A stretch of 64,000 nucleotides of DNA from positions 156,347-220,346 of the forward strand of contig CAVPCT010000001.1 of NCBI GenBank assembly GCA_963702475.1. Direction: 5' to 3'. A program made the position numbers and the translations under genes. The notes below the pieces were generated by a model. The model was not told where the DNA came from. It saw nothing but the letters and a program-made list of their open reading frames with translations, and made no database searches. Source of the stretch: an uncultured Thermoleophilia bacterium. Lineage in GTDB: Bacteria > Actinomycetota > Thermoleophilia > UBA2241. This document shows, in pieces, positions 63,137 to 64,000 of the stretch. The stretch's first letter is position 1, and every line of letters starts with the position of its first letter.

Positions 63137-64000
63137 ATCGTACCCTCGGCTGCAGCAGGTGATTCGCCGCCGGAGGACTCATCTCCTTGCTCGGTGACCG
63201 CGCTCTGCTTTGCGGCGCGCAACGCCAGGGCGCAGAGCCCTCCGGCCGCCGCGAGAACGACGGCGACGATGAACGTGCTGGCGACGGCGTCGGTGAACCA
63301 GCCCTGGAACGTCGTCTTCATCATCGCCGCGGCCGTCTCAGACAGGCCTGAAGCGCCGGACGGCATGCTCATGGCGCCGCCCTCCGCGGCCGCCGCGACG
63401 ATCTTCTGCTTGACGGCGTCCGGGATGCCCTGGAGGGCCTCGACGCCGGCCGTGATGTTGGCCGTCACGCGGTTCTGCAGGACGGCTCCGAGCACGGCGA
63501 TGCCCAGCAGGCTGCCGACCTGGCGCATGGTGGAGAGGACCCCGGAGGCGTTGCCGATGCGCTCGCGCGGGGCGGTGGCCATCACCGCCGACGTCACGGG
63601 CGCCACGGCCAGCCCGATGCCGATGCCCGAGATCAGGAAGGGCACCAGCAGGCTCATCGGCGTGGTGTCCGGCGAGATCTTCTCGATGCCGGGCAGCAGG
63701 CCGGCCATCCACGCGAGGCCGGCGGCGAGCAGGAACATGCCCAACGCCACGATCCACGTGCTGCCCAGCCTGTCCGACAGCATGCCCGCCGCCGGCGCCG
63801 CGACGATGATGATCAGCGACATCGGCACCATGACCAGGCCGGCTTTGATGGCGCTGTAGCCCAGCACCGACTGCAGGAAGATCGGGATCATGAAGAAGGC
63901 GCCCATCATGGCGGCGCTGAGCAGGAGCCCCGTCGCGTTGCCGGCGGCGAAGGTGACGCGGCGGAAGAGCGAGAAGTCGATGAGCGGCTGGCTCACGCGG
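63133..64000 (-). CDS. MFS transporter (DHA2/EmrB-like), C-terminal part only; continues beyond the window
   Basis: The frame is open to base 64000. TM helices show DHA2-like spacing (LFRRVTFAAGNATGLLLSAAMMGAFFMIPIFLQ). Confidence 0.75.
   Translation of the reverse strand, partial: RVSQPLIDFSLFRRVTFAAGNATGLLLSAAMMGAFFMIPIFLQSVLGYSAIKAGLVMVPMSLIIIVAAPAAGMLSDRLGSTWIVALGMFLLAAGLAWMAGLLPGIEKISPDTTPMSLLVPFLISGIGIGLAVAPVTSAVMATAPRERIGNASGVLSTMRQVGSLLGIAVLGAVLQNRVTANITAGVEALQGIPDAVKQKIVAAAAEGGAMSMPSGASGLSETAAAMMKTTFQGWFTDAVASTFIVAVVLAAAGGLCALALRAAKQSAVTEQGDESSGGESPAAAEGTI

Overview
Very GC-rich, Actinomycetota-like chromosomal segment. Indicators are many GTG starts, GTGA/ATGA start-stop overlaps, GC3-dominated codons, and small AT-rich promoter islands that sometimes sit directly against the start codon. 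I support about 58 protein-coding genes on both strands. I recognised no rRNA, tRNA, CRISPR array, transposase, integrase or phage genes, although I could not scan systematically for tRNAs.

Content is mostly housekeeping and accessory metabolism: thrC, a HisD-family gene, a pncB/pncA-like pair, galE, an AlkA-like glycosylase, arfB, ccdA/tlpA, transporters, and many one-component regulators (PadR, TetR, MarR, BlaI, Rrf2).

Four loci are not explained by textbook pathways:
1. 27.8-35.4 kb: two MBOAT + membrane-anchored SGNH (DUF459-like) pairs, plus a third SGNH paralog and a polytopic membrane protein.
2. 45.8-50.6 kb: a catalytically degenerate CbiA/CobB-like protein translationally coupled to two tandem paralogous GT-C-like polytopic membrane proteins. 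It lies next to a histidine kinase / receiver / GGDEF signalling cluster.
3. 12.4-18.2 kb: a 1488-aa single-chain BCR/HAD-family protein (double activase + DUF2229 + HgdD-like; possibly a fused PlsA/PlsR-type enzyme) followed by an orphan HisD homolog.
4. 10.6-12.2 kb: a tandem pair of TPR-Zincin_1 proteins, one with its HExxH motif destroyed.

I also found two unlisted small ORFs (a 29-aa membrane peptide and a 58-aa CX3CX2C protein), several long perfect GC hairpins, operator-like palindromes and leaderless-type promoters.

All functional calls rest on motifs I recognised by eye in the supplied translations. No database search was run.
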